Source of the DNA: an uncultured virus (IMG/VR IMGVR_UViG_3300015607_005478)
Taxonomy: Duplodnaviria; Heunggongvirae; Uroviricota; Caudoviricetes
Reading direction: 5' to 3' (one strand)
Virus record (IMG/VR): IMGVR_UViG_3300015607_005478
Length of the DNA: 64,000 bases
Under the pieces are notes generated by a model. It saw only the letters and a list, made by a program, of their open reading frames with translations, was not told the origin of the DNA and did not search any database. Every line of letters starts with the position of its first letter. Within the stretch, counting starts at the first letter, position 1. The position numbers and the translations under genes were made by a program. This document shows positions 42,038-52,297 of the stretch, piece by piece.

Positions 42038-43009
42038 ATGCCCGGCGCCATCATTGCCATTGACCAAGATCAGGGTTCGCCGTCTCTCGGCTCGGCCGGT
42101 GTTGCGCGCAACGACCTTTGGCAGAACAAGCTCGTCACGGTTCGATCGACGGCTTCGGGCAACACCTCTTATTCGTGGACGCTGCTCGATAAGCCCCCGG
42201 GCTCGGCGACGACAATCGCGAGCCCGACATCGCAGAACGCAACGTTCACTCCAGACCTTCCCGGCTCCTACCGCGTTCAGCTCGTCACGAACGGCGGCGG
42301 ACCAGGCAATGTGCAGATTCTCATTGCCGCGGTCACGAAAGACGTCTCCGGCGTAGTCACGCAGCGCGGTTGGCGCATTCCGGCTCTCGGGGAGGTTGGC
42401 TCAGAAAACAACTTCATGGGACAGCTTCGTGGGTGGGATGAGGCGATTCGCTTCATCCTCAACGACCTGCTCACCATGGGTGCCGCCGGCAATACCGGCG
42501 ACATGCAGTACAAGGGCTTGAGCGGTATTGCCGGTACGCCCAAGATCAACGCCAACACAGGCACGGGAGAAGTCACCCACTCCGGCACGCCGATCCACAA
42601 AGAGATCGAGAACCTCTTTCGTGACGCGACCAACGGCTCAACGCACGGCGAGATTCGCTCGAAGTGGAACAGCGCGCAGACCCCGAACGCCACCCCGGCC
42701 ATCATTCAATCCATCTCGATTCCCGCCGCGACGTGGGGAGACTGCTTCATCACGGTGACGTGGGAAGTGACTGTATCGGCTCAGACGGGCGGAGGTAATC
42801 TCGCCAACAAGTCGACCTTCCGACGAGACGGCGGCGTTCTCGTACTGGTCAACTCCTCCGATAACGGCGTTCCCGCCGATCTTCAGATCTTGGCATCGAT
42901 CGCTGCAGGCATTACGGACAATGACACGATCAAGCTCACCGGAACAGGCATCTCGGCCACGGTGAATTGGTACGTCAACGCCTTGATTCAGATCGCGAAG
43001 GAACCCTGA
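42038..43009 (+). CDS. PKD/Ig-like domain virion protein
   Basis: YSWTLLDKPPGSAT...ATFTPDLPGSYRVQLVT. Confidence 0.75.
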   Translation: MPGAIIAIDQDQGSPSLGSAGVARNDLWQNKLVTVRSTASGNTSYSWTLLDKPPGSATTIASPTSQNATFTPDLPGSYRVQLVTNGGGPGNVQILIAAVTKDVSGVVTQRGWRIPALGEVGSENNFMGQLRGWDEAIRFILNDLLTMGAAGNTGDMQYKGLSGIAGTPKINANTGTGEVTHSGTPIHKEIENLFRDATNGSTHGEIRSKWNSAQTPNATPAIIQSISIPAATWGDCFITVTWEVTVSAQTGGGNLANKSTFRRDGGVLVLVNSSDNGVPADLQILASIAAGITDNDTIKLTGTGISATVNWYVNALIQIAKEP

Positions 43010-43011
43010 TC

Positions 43012-46000
43012 GTGACTGACGCGTGCGCACCGGTAGGATGGGCCGTAGGTGTATGGGGCCGCGCGTTTTGGGGCGCGACGGGCCCAGCCGGCATTGGTGG
43101 GCCGATCCCGACCTTTGCGCCGTTCGATATCTACTGCGTCGGTCCTTGCGGACCTATTGCGCAGCTCCTCACGTACAACGAAGTTGACTTCACGGGCGGT
43201 GATAACCAATTCCCCGTCGACGGCTTCACACTCGATCAGATCGTTGCGAGCGGCGGCGACGCGGATGAAACCGAAGCCGAGATCGTCGTCAACAAGCCCG
43301 TGCCGGCGGCATGGACGCTGGAGTTCACGGTCTTCTTCTCGCAGCTGCCGAACGACTTCAGCGATCTCGTCAACCACCACATTTACGTGGGTGCGAGCGA
43401 CGCGGCCGGATCTTGCGCCGCGCTTTTCTTTTCGAAGATCGGATTTCTCTATACGGGATGCGCGCACTTCAACGGAACGCAGCTTCAGCTAGACACGCCT
43501 ACTCAGCCTCTCGAGAACAGCCAAGTTCTCATCAGCGAGGGTGACTACTGGACCATTCGCATCGCGACGAGCTACGACACCGGCGTCACGTACATCTACG
43601 CAACGCTCGCGAGCGAAGTTCTCGTGAGTGGTCACAAGCTTCGCTACGTGCTTCCGGCGATTCCGTCCGCGAACGCGATCATCAACCCTCCCGATCGAAC
43701 ACTGATCCTCGTTCGTGGTACGGATGACCAGCCCTCCGAGGTCTCGTTCGACAACCTCTGTTTGGCGAGCGGCCTGATCATTCCGAACATCGCGCCTGTC
43801 GCGGACCCTGGTATCGATCAAGCAATCCAGCTCTGTGAAGTTCTTCGCCTCGATGGCTCGAAGAGCTTCGACCCTGAGGGGAGCCCGCTCCTTTACAAAT
43901 GGCGTCTCATCGGCGCGCCGCCGAACAGCCAGTATTCATTCATTGGCGGTGACGGCAAGACGTACCCCGGCTCGCCGCCGACTGGCTTCACCGATCGGTT
44001 CTACTCCGTAGAGCTCTCCCTCCTCGATGCAACGGACCCGATTGTTGCTGGCGACGTTATTGTCTTCTTGGGCAAGGTGCAGACGATCGAAGCAACCGGC
44101 ACGGACGTGCACGGGTTCTTCGTGCGCGTCGGCGGCTTCGTGCTGGCGGACAATCTCAATCAGACAATCTTCACCTTCCTACGCCAGAATGGGCTCAACA
44201 CCAGCACGGACGTAAAGCCGACTTTCTATCCAGACGCGGCAGGCCTCTTCAAATTCGATCTCACCGTCTTCGACGGCGGGCTCTTCTCTGAGCCCGAGTC
44301 CGTCGTCATCAACGTCGTTGAGTCTGCTGTCGCGCGCGGCTGTACTCCCGACCTCAGCTTCATCTGGGGCTACCTCTCGGACTTTTGGAAGCTGGTCGAG
44401 GACCCGGAGCGTATCACCGTCTTTTGGCAGGGCCTCGCTCAGGTTGCGGCCGCCGAGCTTCTGAATCTTTGGCAGGTCGACTACTCGAAGAGCCTTCGTG
44501 ATATCCAGCGCGCCTTCCAGCGTCGCTGGCTGCACTACGACCTGCTCATGCAGCAGAGCCCGACGTTGATCGAGCTCACAACGGTGCGCGCCGTCTTCGG
44601 CGGCATCGACAGCAATTCGCTCGAGACCGGTGGCATTAGTGGCATCCAGGGAACGCAGCTCAATCTGCAGCTTGCCTCGCAGGATACCCCGACGGTCATC
44701 AACTTCACATTGCCGGACCCCTATACGGCGACGGACATCGCAGCCGCGATCATTACGACACTCGCCCGAATCGACTCCCGTGTGACGGCCTCCGTAGTCA
44801 CGTGGCAGGACAACAGCGGCGAGTTCGTTCGCATCACAGCGCCTTTCCCCGTCGTTGTTCTTCCAGAGTCGACCGTCGGCATCTTCGCGATCGACGACGC
44901 AAACACTCTCCCGAGCGGAACGAACGGTTCAGCGGTCGGCGTTCGCAGTTATCGCGTTGAGCGAAGTCTTCAAGACCTGGGTATTCAGCGCCTCGACTTT
45001 CTTTGCATCGACGGCGTTGCTTATCGCATCGACCGTCTTGCTAGCGATCCGGCCGACGACCTCCCGCTTCAACGCATCGTCGTTCTCGATGACCTCCCGC
45101 TTGTACTAGGTACAACTTGGAGCATCTCGGGAACGGCTACTTCCCGCGACCTCGACTTTTGGACGGGCCTCTGCGAGCTCGGCGACACGGTCACGTTCGA
45201 GGTCGTGCGTCTCGCCGATCACCAGATCATCGATATCTCGTCGGAGGTTCTCGGCAGCTCTGAAGAGGTTCCTCGTTCGCTTCCGTGTGACGCTACGCCG
45301 GTCGGCCTCTACCTCTCGGAGCCGGACGTCTACTCCGTCTTCTTGAAGAGTGTGCGCCGTCGGCGTTACGTGCCTATCGATCCGCTGATCATCGATGTGC
45401 CGTATCTTCAAGAGAAGATCGTTTCGCGGGATGACACTGAGGTCCTTCGTCGAAACGTCGACTACTTCCTCGAGACGTTCCGCGACCAGCCCTGCATCCG
45501 CTTCGTCGCGCCGCTGCGTGCTGGAGAAGCGGGTCTCGACGTCTGGGCGGGCGCGCAGCCGCCCGATCGCATGTGGGCCGAAACGTCGTACCTCGATAAC
45601 CGCCCGCGCATCGAACAGAACTTCGGCATTCCGGCAGACTTCACGCTCGACGACCTCTCCGAGCTCCCGGACAACATCGACTACCTCTCGAGCGTCCGCG
45701 GTCTTTGGTACGCGTACTTCAACGGGCCGACGCTTTTCAACCTGCGCGCCGGTGTGCAGATCCTTCTCGGTCTACCCTTCGCAGAAGAAGCCGGACGCAT
45801 TACTGAGATTCGATCCGACTTCTCTGATTCGACAGGGCGCATCCTCATCGAGGACCTCGCGAGCTCGGTCATCACGCGCTCATACACATTCCCTCGCTCG
45901 CTGCATCTGGAGACGAGCCCTGATACGGGCGAGGCCTATAAGGTCGGCGACACTGTGAAGCAGTTTGCGCCTCTCGTGACGGGCGTGGAGGTCATCGACT

Positions 46001-46944
46001 GGATCAAGGACCCGAAGTGGTTCGGCGGATACCTGAATCAGGGCGTCTTCTTCGAAGTCGAGAAGTTCCACAAGTTCTTGGTCCGCGTGAGCTCGAACGC
46101 GTTCAACCTGAGCGCGCTTCTGTTCGTGCAATCGTTCATCCGGCGCATCAAGCCGACATACACATTCCCGCTCTTTGTTGTAGAGGCCGACATCGGCGAA
46201 ACCGAAGTCTCGGTCACGGACGAAATCACAGAGTCTGGGCACCTGTACCTCTTCGAGGGCGCGGTCACGAAGCCGTATGCGCTGGGCGTCTCGACGATGT
46301 TCGACGACCCGCGTGCGTCATTCGGTGGCTGGCGCTCGCAGTTCGACGGCGGCGATGATCCGAACCTCACGCCGGTCTCGCCCAATCCGATCTATCCGGT
46401 GTCGTTCACGTACGACAAGAACTACTTGGCGCCGGAGGACGCGATCTACGCCGACTTCTCCTATGTTCTCGCGGCACCGACTCCAGCCGACCCAACGACG
46501 ATGCCGTTCTTGCAGACGGGCATGCTCGCCGCTACGGCTGTCGGCGCGGTCTTCGTTGCGAGCTACCACGACGCCTTGCCTGTGGCTGGTTACGCGATCG
46601 GCACACCGCGAACGGTTGTCGCCAACGGCACGTGGAACTTCGTCCAGATCGAGCTCGAGATGCTCGAGGTGCGTTCGCAGAACTGCAACGTCATCATCAA
46701 GAAGAACAACGTCACCGTTGCAACAATCGCTATCTCTCTCGCCGCGAACAGCCGAACTACAACTACGGTTTCAATCGCAGTAACGGCCGGTGACATCATC
46801 ACCGCCTCGCTTGTGCCCATCGGTGCTTTGGCGCCCGTTCCAGCGCACATCCGGAAGCTTATGATTACGACTTCGAGCGGAGTAGCATGGACGCTGGGTG
46901 TGAACCTTCCCGCTGGGACCTATTGGGGCTACAGGCTGCTTTGA
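43012..46944 (+). CDS. Large PKD-domain baseplate/tail protein
   Basis: APVADPGIDQ...LDGSKSFDPEGSPLLYKWRL...PTFYPDAAGLFKFDLTVFDG; GPTLFNLRAGVQILLGLP; RRIKPTYT. Confidence 0.75.
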   Translation: MTDACAPVGWAVGVWGRAFWGATGPAGIGGPIPTFAPFDIYCVGPCGPIAQLLTYNEVDFTGGDNQFPVDGFTLDQIVASGGDADETEAEIVVNKPVPAAWTLEFTVFFSQLPNDFSDLVNHHIYVGASDAAGSCAALFFSKIGFLYTGCAHFNGTQLQLDTPTQPLENSQVLISEGDYWTIRIATSYDTGVTYIYATLASEVLVSGHKLRYVLPAIPSANAIINPPDRTLILVRGTDDQPSEVSFDNLCLASGLIIPNIAPVADPGIDQAIQLCEVLRLDGSKSFDPEGSPLLYKWRLIGAPPNSQYSFIGGDGKTYPGSPPTGFTDRFYSVELSLLDATDPIVAGDVIVFLGKVQTIEATGTDVHGFFVRVGGFVLADNLNQTIFTFLRQNGLNTSTDVKPTFYPDAAGLFKFDLTVFDGGLFSEPESVVINVVESAVARGCTPDLSFIWGYLSDFWKLVEDPERITVFWQGLAQVAAAELLNLWQVDYSKSLRDIQRAFQRRWLHYDLLMQQSPTLIELTTVRAVFGGIDSNSLETGGISGIQGTQLNLQLASQDTPTVINFTLPDPYTATDIAAAIITTLARIDSRVTASVVTWQDNSGEFVRITAPFPVVVLPESTVGIFAIDDANTLPSGTNGSAVGVRSYRVERSLQDLGIQRLDFLCIDGVAYRIDRLASDPADDLPLQRIVVLDDLPLVLGTTWSISGTATSRDLDFWTGLCELGDTVTFEVVRLADHQIIDISSEVLGSSEEVPRSLPCDATPVGLYLSEPDVYSVFLKSVRRRRYVPIDPLIIDVPYLQEKIVSRDDTEVLRRNVDYFLETFRDQPCIRFVAPLRAGEAGLDVWAGAQPPDRMWAETSYLDNRPRIEQNFGIPADFTLDDLSELPDNIDYLSSVRGLWYAYFNGPTLFNLRAGVQILLGLPFAEEAGRITEIRSDFSDSTGRILIEDLASSVITRSYTFPRSLHLETSPDTGEAYKVGDTVKQFAPLVTGVEVIDWIKDPKWFGGYLNQGVFFEVEKFHKFLVRVSSNAFNLSALLFVQSFIRRIKPTYTFPLFVVEADIGETEVSVTDEITESGHLYLFEGAVTKPYALGVSTMFDDPRASFGGWRSQFDGGDDPNLTPVSPNPIYPVSFTYDKNYLAPEDAIYADFSYVLAAPTPADPTTMPFLQTGMLAATAVGAVFVASYHDALPVAGYAIGTPRTVVANGTWNFVQIELEMLEVRSQNCNVIIKKNNVTVATIAISLAANSRTTTTVSIAVTAGDIITASLVPIGALAPVPAHIRKLMITTSSGVAWTLGVNLPAGTYWGYRLL

Positions 46945-47438
46945 TGAAAACCGCCGAAGACTTCAAGCTGCACGGGCATACCACGCATCAGGGGCTCGGT
47001 ATCGCCATCGAGAACCGCAAGGGGTCTGTTCGTTCTGGCGTCGACAAGGACGGTAAGCCGTGGCGTACGGTGATGAAGCACCCGTATGGCTACATCAAGG
47101 GCTCGAAAGGCGCGGACGGCGAAGAGGTGGACTGCTACGTCGGTCCGAAGAAGGATGCGACGCACGCGTTTGTCGTTCATCAGAACAAGGAAGACGGCAA
47201 GACCTACGACGAGGACAAGGTCATGCTCGGCTTCAAGAGCCGCGACCACGCTGAGAAGGCGTACTTGAAGCACTACAACAGCCCCAAGTTTCTTGGCCCC
47301 GTTTCGGCGGTTCCTATCGATCGCCTGAAGGAGCTCCTCGCCTCCAACAAGAAGCTGGTGAAGATCAGCGGCGTCATGCAATCTTCCTTCCTCGACGAGC
47401 TGGCAAACATCCAGGCCTGGAGTGGTGCAGATGCGTAG
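46944..47438 (+). CDS. Phage/polyvalent-protein-type inorganic pyrophosphatase domain protein
   Basis: GLGIAIENRKGSVRSGVDKDGKPW..MKHPYGYIKG..GADGEEVDCYVGP...YDEDKVMLGF. Confidence 0.8.
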   Translation: MKTAEDFKLHGHTTHQGLGIAIENRKGSVRSGVDKDGKPWRTVMKHPYGYIKGSKGADGEEVDCYVGPKKDATHAFVVHQNKEDGKTYDEDKVMLGFKSRDHAEKAYLKHYNSPKFLGPVSAVPIDRLKELLASNKKLVKISGVMQSSFLDELANIQAWSGADA

Positions 47439-48051
47439 TGCGACGGTCATCGAGGTGAAGCAGAACTTGTGGCTCACGATGCGTGAGCGCGGCAAGATCA
47501 TCGGGCGGCGCGAGGGTCACAACATTTGGGTCAATCTCGGTCGCGAGTATTTGGCCAGCCTCATCGCCTACTCGTCCTTCACGCCGGTCACGGCGGAACG
47601 CAACGACCGCGTGCGGTATATGGGGCTTGGTATCGGCGGCACGCGACAACTCGCCCTTGGTGTGGCGAATGCAGCGCCGCTTGTTACGGCCTACCCGGGC
47701 GGTAACACGCAGACGGATACGGATCCGACGGTCACCACACTCGAACGCCCCGTGCGCCTCTCCGGCTCGCCGGACCCTTACCCTGGGCAGGGCACGGACG
47801 TGTGGATCGGCCAGGTTCAGGCCCCGGCCACGCACACCACCGTCACCGAGGTGACGTTCAAGCGTCTCTTCACCACGCTCGAGATCAGCTACGGCTCGTT
47901 TACGACCGTGCCTCTTTCGGAAGTCGGTCTCTTCACGGCAGCCGCGAATCCCAACGTCTACAACAACACCCTCATCGCCTACGACACGTTCGACACGCTC
48001 TCGAAGACGAACGCCTTCGACCTCGAGATCGTGTGGACGATCAGGTTCTAA
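47431..48051 (+). CDS. Putative tail/baseplate protein
   Basis: HNIWVNLGREYLA, YMGLGIGG, LSEVGLF, FDTLSKTNAFDLEIVWTIRF: tail-collar/fibre-adaptor-type pattern. Confidence 0.7.
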   Translation: MRSATVIEVKQNLWLTMRERGKIIGRREGHNIWVNLGREYLASLIAYSSFTPVTAERNDRVRYMGLGIGGTRQLALGVANAAPLVTAYPGGNTQTDTDPTVTTLERPVRLSGSPDPYPGQGTDVWIGQVQAPATHTTVTEVTFKRLFTTLEISYGSFTTVPLSEVGLFTAAANPNVYNNTLIAYDTFDTLSKTNAFDLEIVWTIRF

Positions 48052-48054
48052 GCC

Positions 48055-51000
48055 ATGGCCTTTCACCGCCTCACAACCCCTTCGTACTTCGGCGGCCTTC
48101 CCGGCGGATACGACTACATCAACAACGCGATCTCCGGCACGCCCGCTGCTGCCGATGGTCCGAAGGCGGTAGGGCCAAACGTTGGTACGTACTTCATCGC
48201 ATTCGGTGAAGACGGCACCTCATCCGACGCGAACCGACCGGCCAAAGCACTCGCGCAGAACACGGACGCCCTCGACGACCTCTTTCATCGCGACATCGCG
48301 ATCAAGAAGGTCACGGCCGACGTAACGGTGGTCGGCAGCCCCGTTACTTCGATTGTTCTCAGCGATCCGAACGGTATCTACTGCGGGCGAGCGGGAACCG
48401 CGAACAATGCCGTCGGCATCAACACGTTCATCGAGATTCTCGACAGCAACAACAACGAGATCATCGGCACGCCTGCGAGCGGCGCGCGCTCCGTTGTGAC
48501 TGCTATCTCGGGCGCAACTGTCGGCACCGGCTTCAACGCGGGGCCGATCACGTTGACCGTCAGCCCGGGCATTCCGGTGGGCGTGACGTACCGCGTCTAC
48601 TACGCCGTACGTGGCAATCTTGCGAGCTTGCCCGCCGACGAGTTCACGGACATCGTTCTCCGCGCCGCGCAGGAGCGCGACTACCTCACCATCGACTTCG
48701 AGAATCAGATCTCGAAGCGTACGGGTATCGACGTTACGGCACTCATCGCAAGCAAGATCTCGACGCCTGACGGCGTACGTCGCCCGGAGGCGACGAGCAT
48801 GATCCTCAACCCGGATCAGCTGAACACCTTCCCCACGTCATTGCGCCGCGTGCGCGCGTGGGCTGGTGATGCGGTCACTCCATCTCTTCACATCGCCGAT
48901 CTCGCCGGCACCACCAACCCCGACTCCTTCGGCCTGATTCGCTACCTTGCGTTCGGCTCGGTCAATTCGGCCGGTGTTGGTCAAACAGCCGACGGTAGCG
49001 GGACGCTGCAGTTCTGGGATCAGAACATGCGCAACGTCGAGGTGCCCGGACTCCTCGGCCGTCTTCCGCTCTCGGGCACCGTCAAAGGCGAGGACTATCC
49101 TCTCGTCTCCGATCAACGCACGTTCCTGCCGCTCATTCGACACTTGAACAAGGCGGAGGTGGTTGTCGGCAATGGCACCACTACGTTCGGGCAGTTCGAC
49201 GGCGTCGATGGTCTCTCGAAAGCATGGAACGCCTGGAACGGTGGCTACAGCCCCGGCTCGCTTCACATTCGCCTCAAGGCCGGCACGTACAACCTGTCAG
49301 CCTTGGCGTCGATCATTGTCGGTAATGATCGGATGACGCTCACCATCGAAGGTGAGTCTCAAGAAACCGTCATCATTACGAACAACGTCAGTGGCAACGC
49401 CGGTCTGCGGGTCAACAGTGGCCGCCTGATTCTGAAGAACCTGACGATTCAGAAGGGCACGGGCGACTATCGCGCGGTCAGCGTGACGTCCTCTGGAAAT
49501 CCCGCAGCGCTCGAACTGCACAACGTGCAGCTGTCGCTGCAGCGTATCGAGCTCACGAACCCGAACCCGCAGGGCCTTCTTCCGGGCAATACTCTCCCCA
49601 GCACCATCACTACGGGTCCGACGCTCATCATCAATGATTCGATCATTGACATGTACACGGCGTCGGGCACGGCCGGCACGTTGCCTTGTATCAGCCTGCT
49701 CGTCGGCGACAATCTCGAGCACTACGACTTCATCATTCGCCGCACCGCGTTTCGTCCAGCTCAGGACAACACCGCCTTCAAGGTCACGGCAACGAGCAGC
49801 GGCATCTCTACGACGCGCGTACGCAACATCATCTTCCGCGAGTGTCAGTTCTATCTCTCGTGGACGTCGGATGACGGTGCCGGTGGGCTCCTTACAAACG
49901 TCGGGCCCATCTGGCTCGATCCGCTCGACTCCGTCAACGCGCTTCAGGTCGACAACATCGTCTTCAAGGATTGTGACGTCTACGGCAACTGGCATCAGCA
50001 GGCTGCATCCGTCGGTACGCTGCTCCACCTTTATGCGCCGGCGCACAACTACAACGGCACGTCGCATCCGGGAAAGACGTCGATCGGTCGCGTGACGATC
50101 GATGGTGGAACGTGGGTGATGGCCTCCGGCGTCACGACGGGCTTCATCCCGTTCGTCGTGAACGCGCAGACGCTGCGCGTGCGCAATCTCGACATCCAGC
50201 AGACGGATAGCCTCACGGGCATCATCCCGGCAAACCTCGCCGCCTACTACGGTTCGTCTTCGGCGTCGGTTTGGGCGGCGGTCAACTTCCTCTCCAAACT
50301 CGAGTCTGCGGCGCAGACAGCCTTCGAGCTGTTTCGAACGTTCGAGATTCAGAACGTCTCCCTCCGCAACGTTCGCCGCACGCAGTGCTCAACGTCGAAT
50401 GGCTACGGCGACCTGCGCATTTCATCTCCAACGACGGGCTACACGCTCGTTCGCGATGTGCGCGTGCATCAGATGAACAATACCGTGATCGGCAGCCTTG
50501 GCTTCTATGCCGACACGCGCGTGCAGGTACTCTGCGGAGAAGCCAGCGCGGCATCTCCGATTCGGAACGTGGTGTGGGATTCTAATGGGCTTTCGAGCTC
50601 GAGTCCGTGGGCCAACACCTGTCTGATGACCCTTTCTGGTGGAGCCGGCGCAACCTTTGAGGACTGTGGCGCACGCGGCTTGACCGGTGCTGGCACAACG
50701 TACGGAATCATGTTGTCGGGCGCAGGAAACGTCCGCCTCGTGAATTGCTTTGGAGAGAACTGCCAGGACGGGCTCTACCTAAATCCTTCGGGCTCGCCCG
50801 ACTACGTGGTTCAGGGAGGGTCGTACTCAGGCAACAATCGATACGGCATCAGTTTTTTGCCGGCAGCCAGCACATACTTCTTCGTCTCTATCATTGGCGT
50901 GCAAGCCAGTAACAACGGCGATGTGGGTCTGTACGTGTTTGGGCCGGCTTCGGCATGGAGTCCTCTTGACGTTGGTGGCTGGTCATCGTCACTGCACGCC

Positions 51001-51324
51001 ACGGACAACGTGTTCGAGTTCAACAACACCAGCCACAGCCCTTCGGTCGTCCAGACGTTTATCGGAATCTCAGATGCCCCTGGAATAACCGGGTTCAGCG
51101 GCACGTTCATGGGTAATACTCTGAATCACGCTGATCCTGGCGCAGTGGTCGTCAACGACCCAGGTCATGCGCAGTTCCTCGTCAACGGCGCTGCGTCCTC
51201 TTACGGGTTCCTCTCTAGGATGATCGGCGCCCAATCCCTTGGTCCGGCGGATGTGTGGGGTCCCTACGCCACGAATGGCAATAGAATGCCGTTGAACCGC
51301 GCCGTGCTCCACAACGGTCCGTAA
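48055..51324 (+). CDS. Tailspike/tail fibre with a probable right-handed beta-helix
   Basis: IRLKAGTY...LTIEGESQETVII, LILKNLTI, NIVFKDC and SNNGDVGLYV are pectin-lyase-like rungs. Confidence 0.75.
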   Translation: MAFHRLTTPSYFGGLPGGYDYINNAISGTPAAADGPKAVGPNVGTYFIAFGEDGTSSDANRPAKALAQNTDALDDLFHRDIAIKKVTADVTVVGSPVTSIVLSDPNGIYCGRAGTANNAVGINTFIEILDSNNNEIIGTPASGARSVVTAISGATVGTGFNAGPITLTVSPGIPVGVTYRVYYAVRGNLASLPADEFTDIVLRAAQERDYLTIDFENQISKRTGIDVTALIASKISTPDGVRRPEATSMILNPDQLNTFPTSLRRVRAWAGDAVTPSLHIADLAGTTNPDSFGLIRYLAFGSVNSAGVGQTADGSGTLQFWDQNMRNVEVPGLLGRLPLSGTVKGEDYPLVSDQRTFLPLIRHLNKAEVVVGNGTTTFGQFDGVDGLSKAWNAWNGGYSPGSLHIRLKAGTYNLSALASIIVGNDRMTLTIEGESQETVIITNNVSGNAGLRVNSGRLILKNLTIQKGTGDYRAVSVTSSGNPAALELHNVQLSLQRIELTNPNPQGLLPGNTLPSTITTGPTLIINDSIIDMYTASGTAGTLPCISLLVGDNLEHYDFIIRRTAFRPAQDNTAFKVTATSSGISTTRVRNIIFRECQFYLSWTSDDGAGGLLTNVGPIWLDPLDSVNALQVDNIVFKDCDVYGNWHQQAASVGTLLHLYAPAHNYNGTSHPGKTSIGRVTIDGGTWVMASGVTTGFIPFVVNAQTLRVRNLDIQQTDSLTGIIPANLAAYYGSSSASVWAAVNFLSKLESAAQTAFELFRTFEIQNVSLRNVRRTQCSTSNGYGDLRISSPTTGYTLVRDVRVHQMNNTVIGSLGFYADTRVQVLCGEASAASPIRNVVWDSNGLSSSSPWANTCLMTLSGGAGATFEDCGARGLTGAGTTYGIMLSGAGNVRLVNCFGENCQDGLYLNPSGSPDYVVQGGSYSGNNRYGISFLPAASTYFFVSIIGVQASNNGDVGLYVFGPASAWSPLDVGGWSSSLHATDNVFEFNNTSHSPSVVQTFIGISDAPGITGFSGTFMGNTLNHADPGAVVVNDPGHAQFLVNGAASSYGFLSRMIGAQSLGPADVWGPYATNGNRMPLNRAVLHNGP

Positions 51325-51363
51325 CCAGTTCGCGTCGGCCTTGCGTCGGCGTACACTGGTTGC

Positions 51364-51825
51364 ATGGACGCGCTCGACAACGTCGTCACTGTTCCCACTA
51401 TCGGCTTCGCCCTGGTCATCGCGATCGTGACGACGATGTTTCGCCGTCTCATCGAAATTTGGTGGCCAACGCTTTCGAAAAAGACCCCCACCTCGCCGGC
51501 GCAGATGGTTTGGGAGAAGCTCGTTCTTCCCGGTGTGCCTGTCGTTCTCGCAATCGCCTTCTGCCTTATCGCATCACCGAAGCAGTTCGCCTATCCAGAC
51601 ATCGCCTCGAAGACGCTGCTCTCGCGTGTCATCTACGGCATCGTAGTGGGCTGGTTCGCGGACTTCGGCTATCGCGCCTTCGTGTTCTTCCTGAAGAAGA
51701 AATGGAACGTATCGTTGCCTGGAGCATCCGACGCACCCGGCCCGACAGATGATGCGAACAAGCCCGTGAAGCCGCCTCCGTTGGACCCTCCGCCCGCCGC
51801 AGGTGACACTGGAGTGAAGCCGTGA
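51364..51825 (+). CDS. Putative holin
   Basis: Three hydrophobic segments and a charged/Pro-rich tail; heads the lysis block. Confidence 0.65.
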   Translation: MDALDNVVTVPTIGFALVIAIVTTMFRRLIEIWWPTLSKKTPTSPAQMVWEKLVLPGVPVVLAIAFCLIASPKQFAYPDIASKTLLSRVIYGIVVGWFADFGYRAFVFFLKKKWNVSLPGASDAPGPTDDANKPVKPPPLDPPPAAGDTGVKP

Positions 51826-51965
51826 CGACCGCTGATAAGTTCAAGGTTGGTCTTTGGGTCGTCGGTGGCATCATCTTCGCTACATGGCTCGGCGTCGCGG
51901 TTTGGTCGCTCTTGCATAAGGCATCCGACCCAAAAGCGCCGTCGGCCCTGGACGCGGGGCACTAG
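51822..51965 (+). CDS. 47-aa single-TM protein
   Basis: MTTADKFKVGLWVVGGIIFATWLGVAVWSLLHKASDPKAPSALDAGH*. Confidence 0.55.
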   Translation: MTTADKFKVGLWVVGGIIFATWLGVAVWSLLHKASDPKAPSALDAGH

Positions 51966-52297
51966 TGCTCGAGTGGCTCAAGAAGTGGTGGTGGGCTGTC
52001 CTCGCCGGACTCGCAGCGATTGGCGGAGCGCTGCTCGGCGCCTCGATGCGAAAGAAGCCCGTTCTCGTCGACGGCAAGAACCCAGAGCGTGAGGCCGCCG
52101 AGACCGACGCACAGAAGAAAGCGAAAGAGGCCGAGGTCGTACGCGACGAAGAGAAGAAGGACGCGCAGGAGAAGCACGACAAGGACGTGAACCAGCTCGT
52201 CGAAAAGCAGGAGAAGAACGCTCCGGCACTCCTCGAGGACCCTGAAAATCTGAACGCGTACTTGAAGAAGACCGGCGACGACGTACGGAGGCCGTGA
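51965..52297 (+). CDS. N-terminal TM plus coiled-coil protein (i-spanin-like)
   Basis: WWWAVLAGLAAIGGALLG followed by an E/K/Q-rich helix. Confidence 0.5.
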   Translation: MLEWLKKWWWAVLAGLAAIGGALLGASMRKKPVLVDGKNPEREAAETDAQKKAKEAEVVRDEEKKDAQEKHDKDVNQLVEKQEKNAPALLEDPENLNAYLKKTGDDVRRP

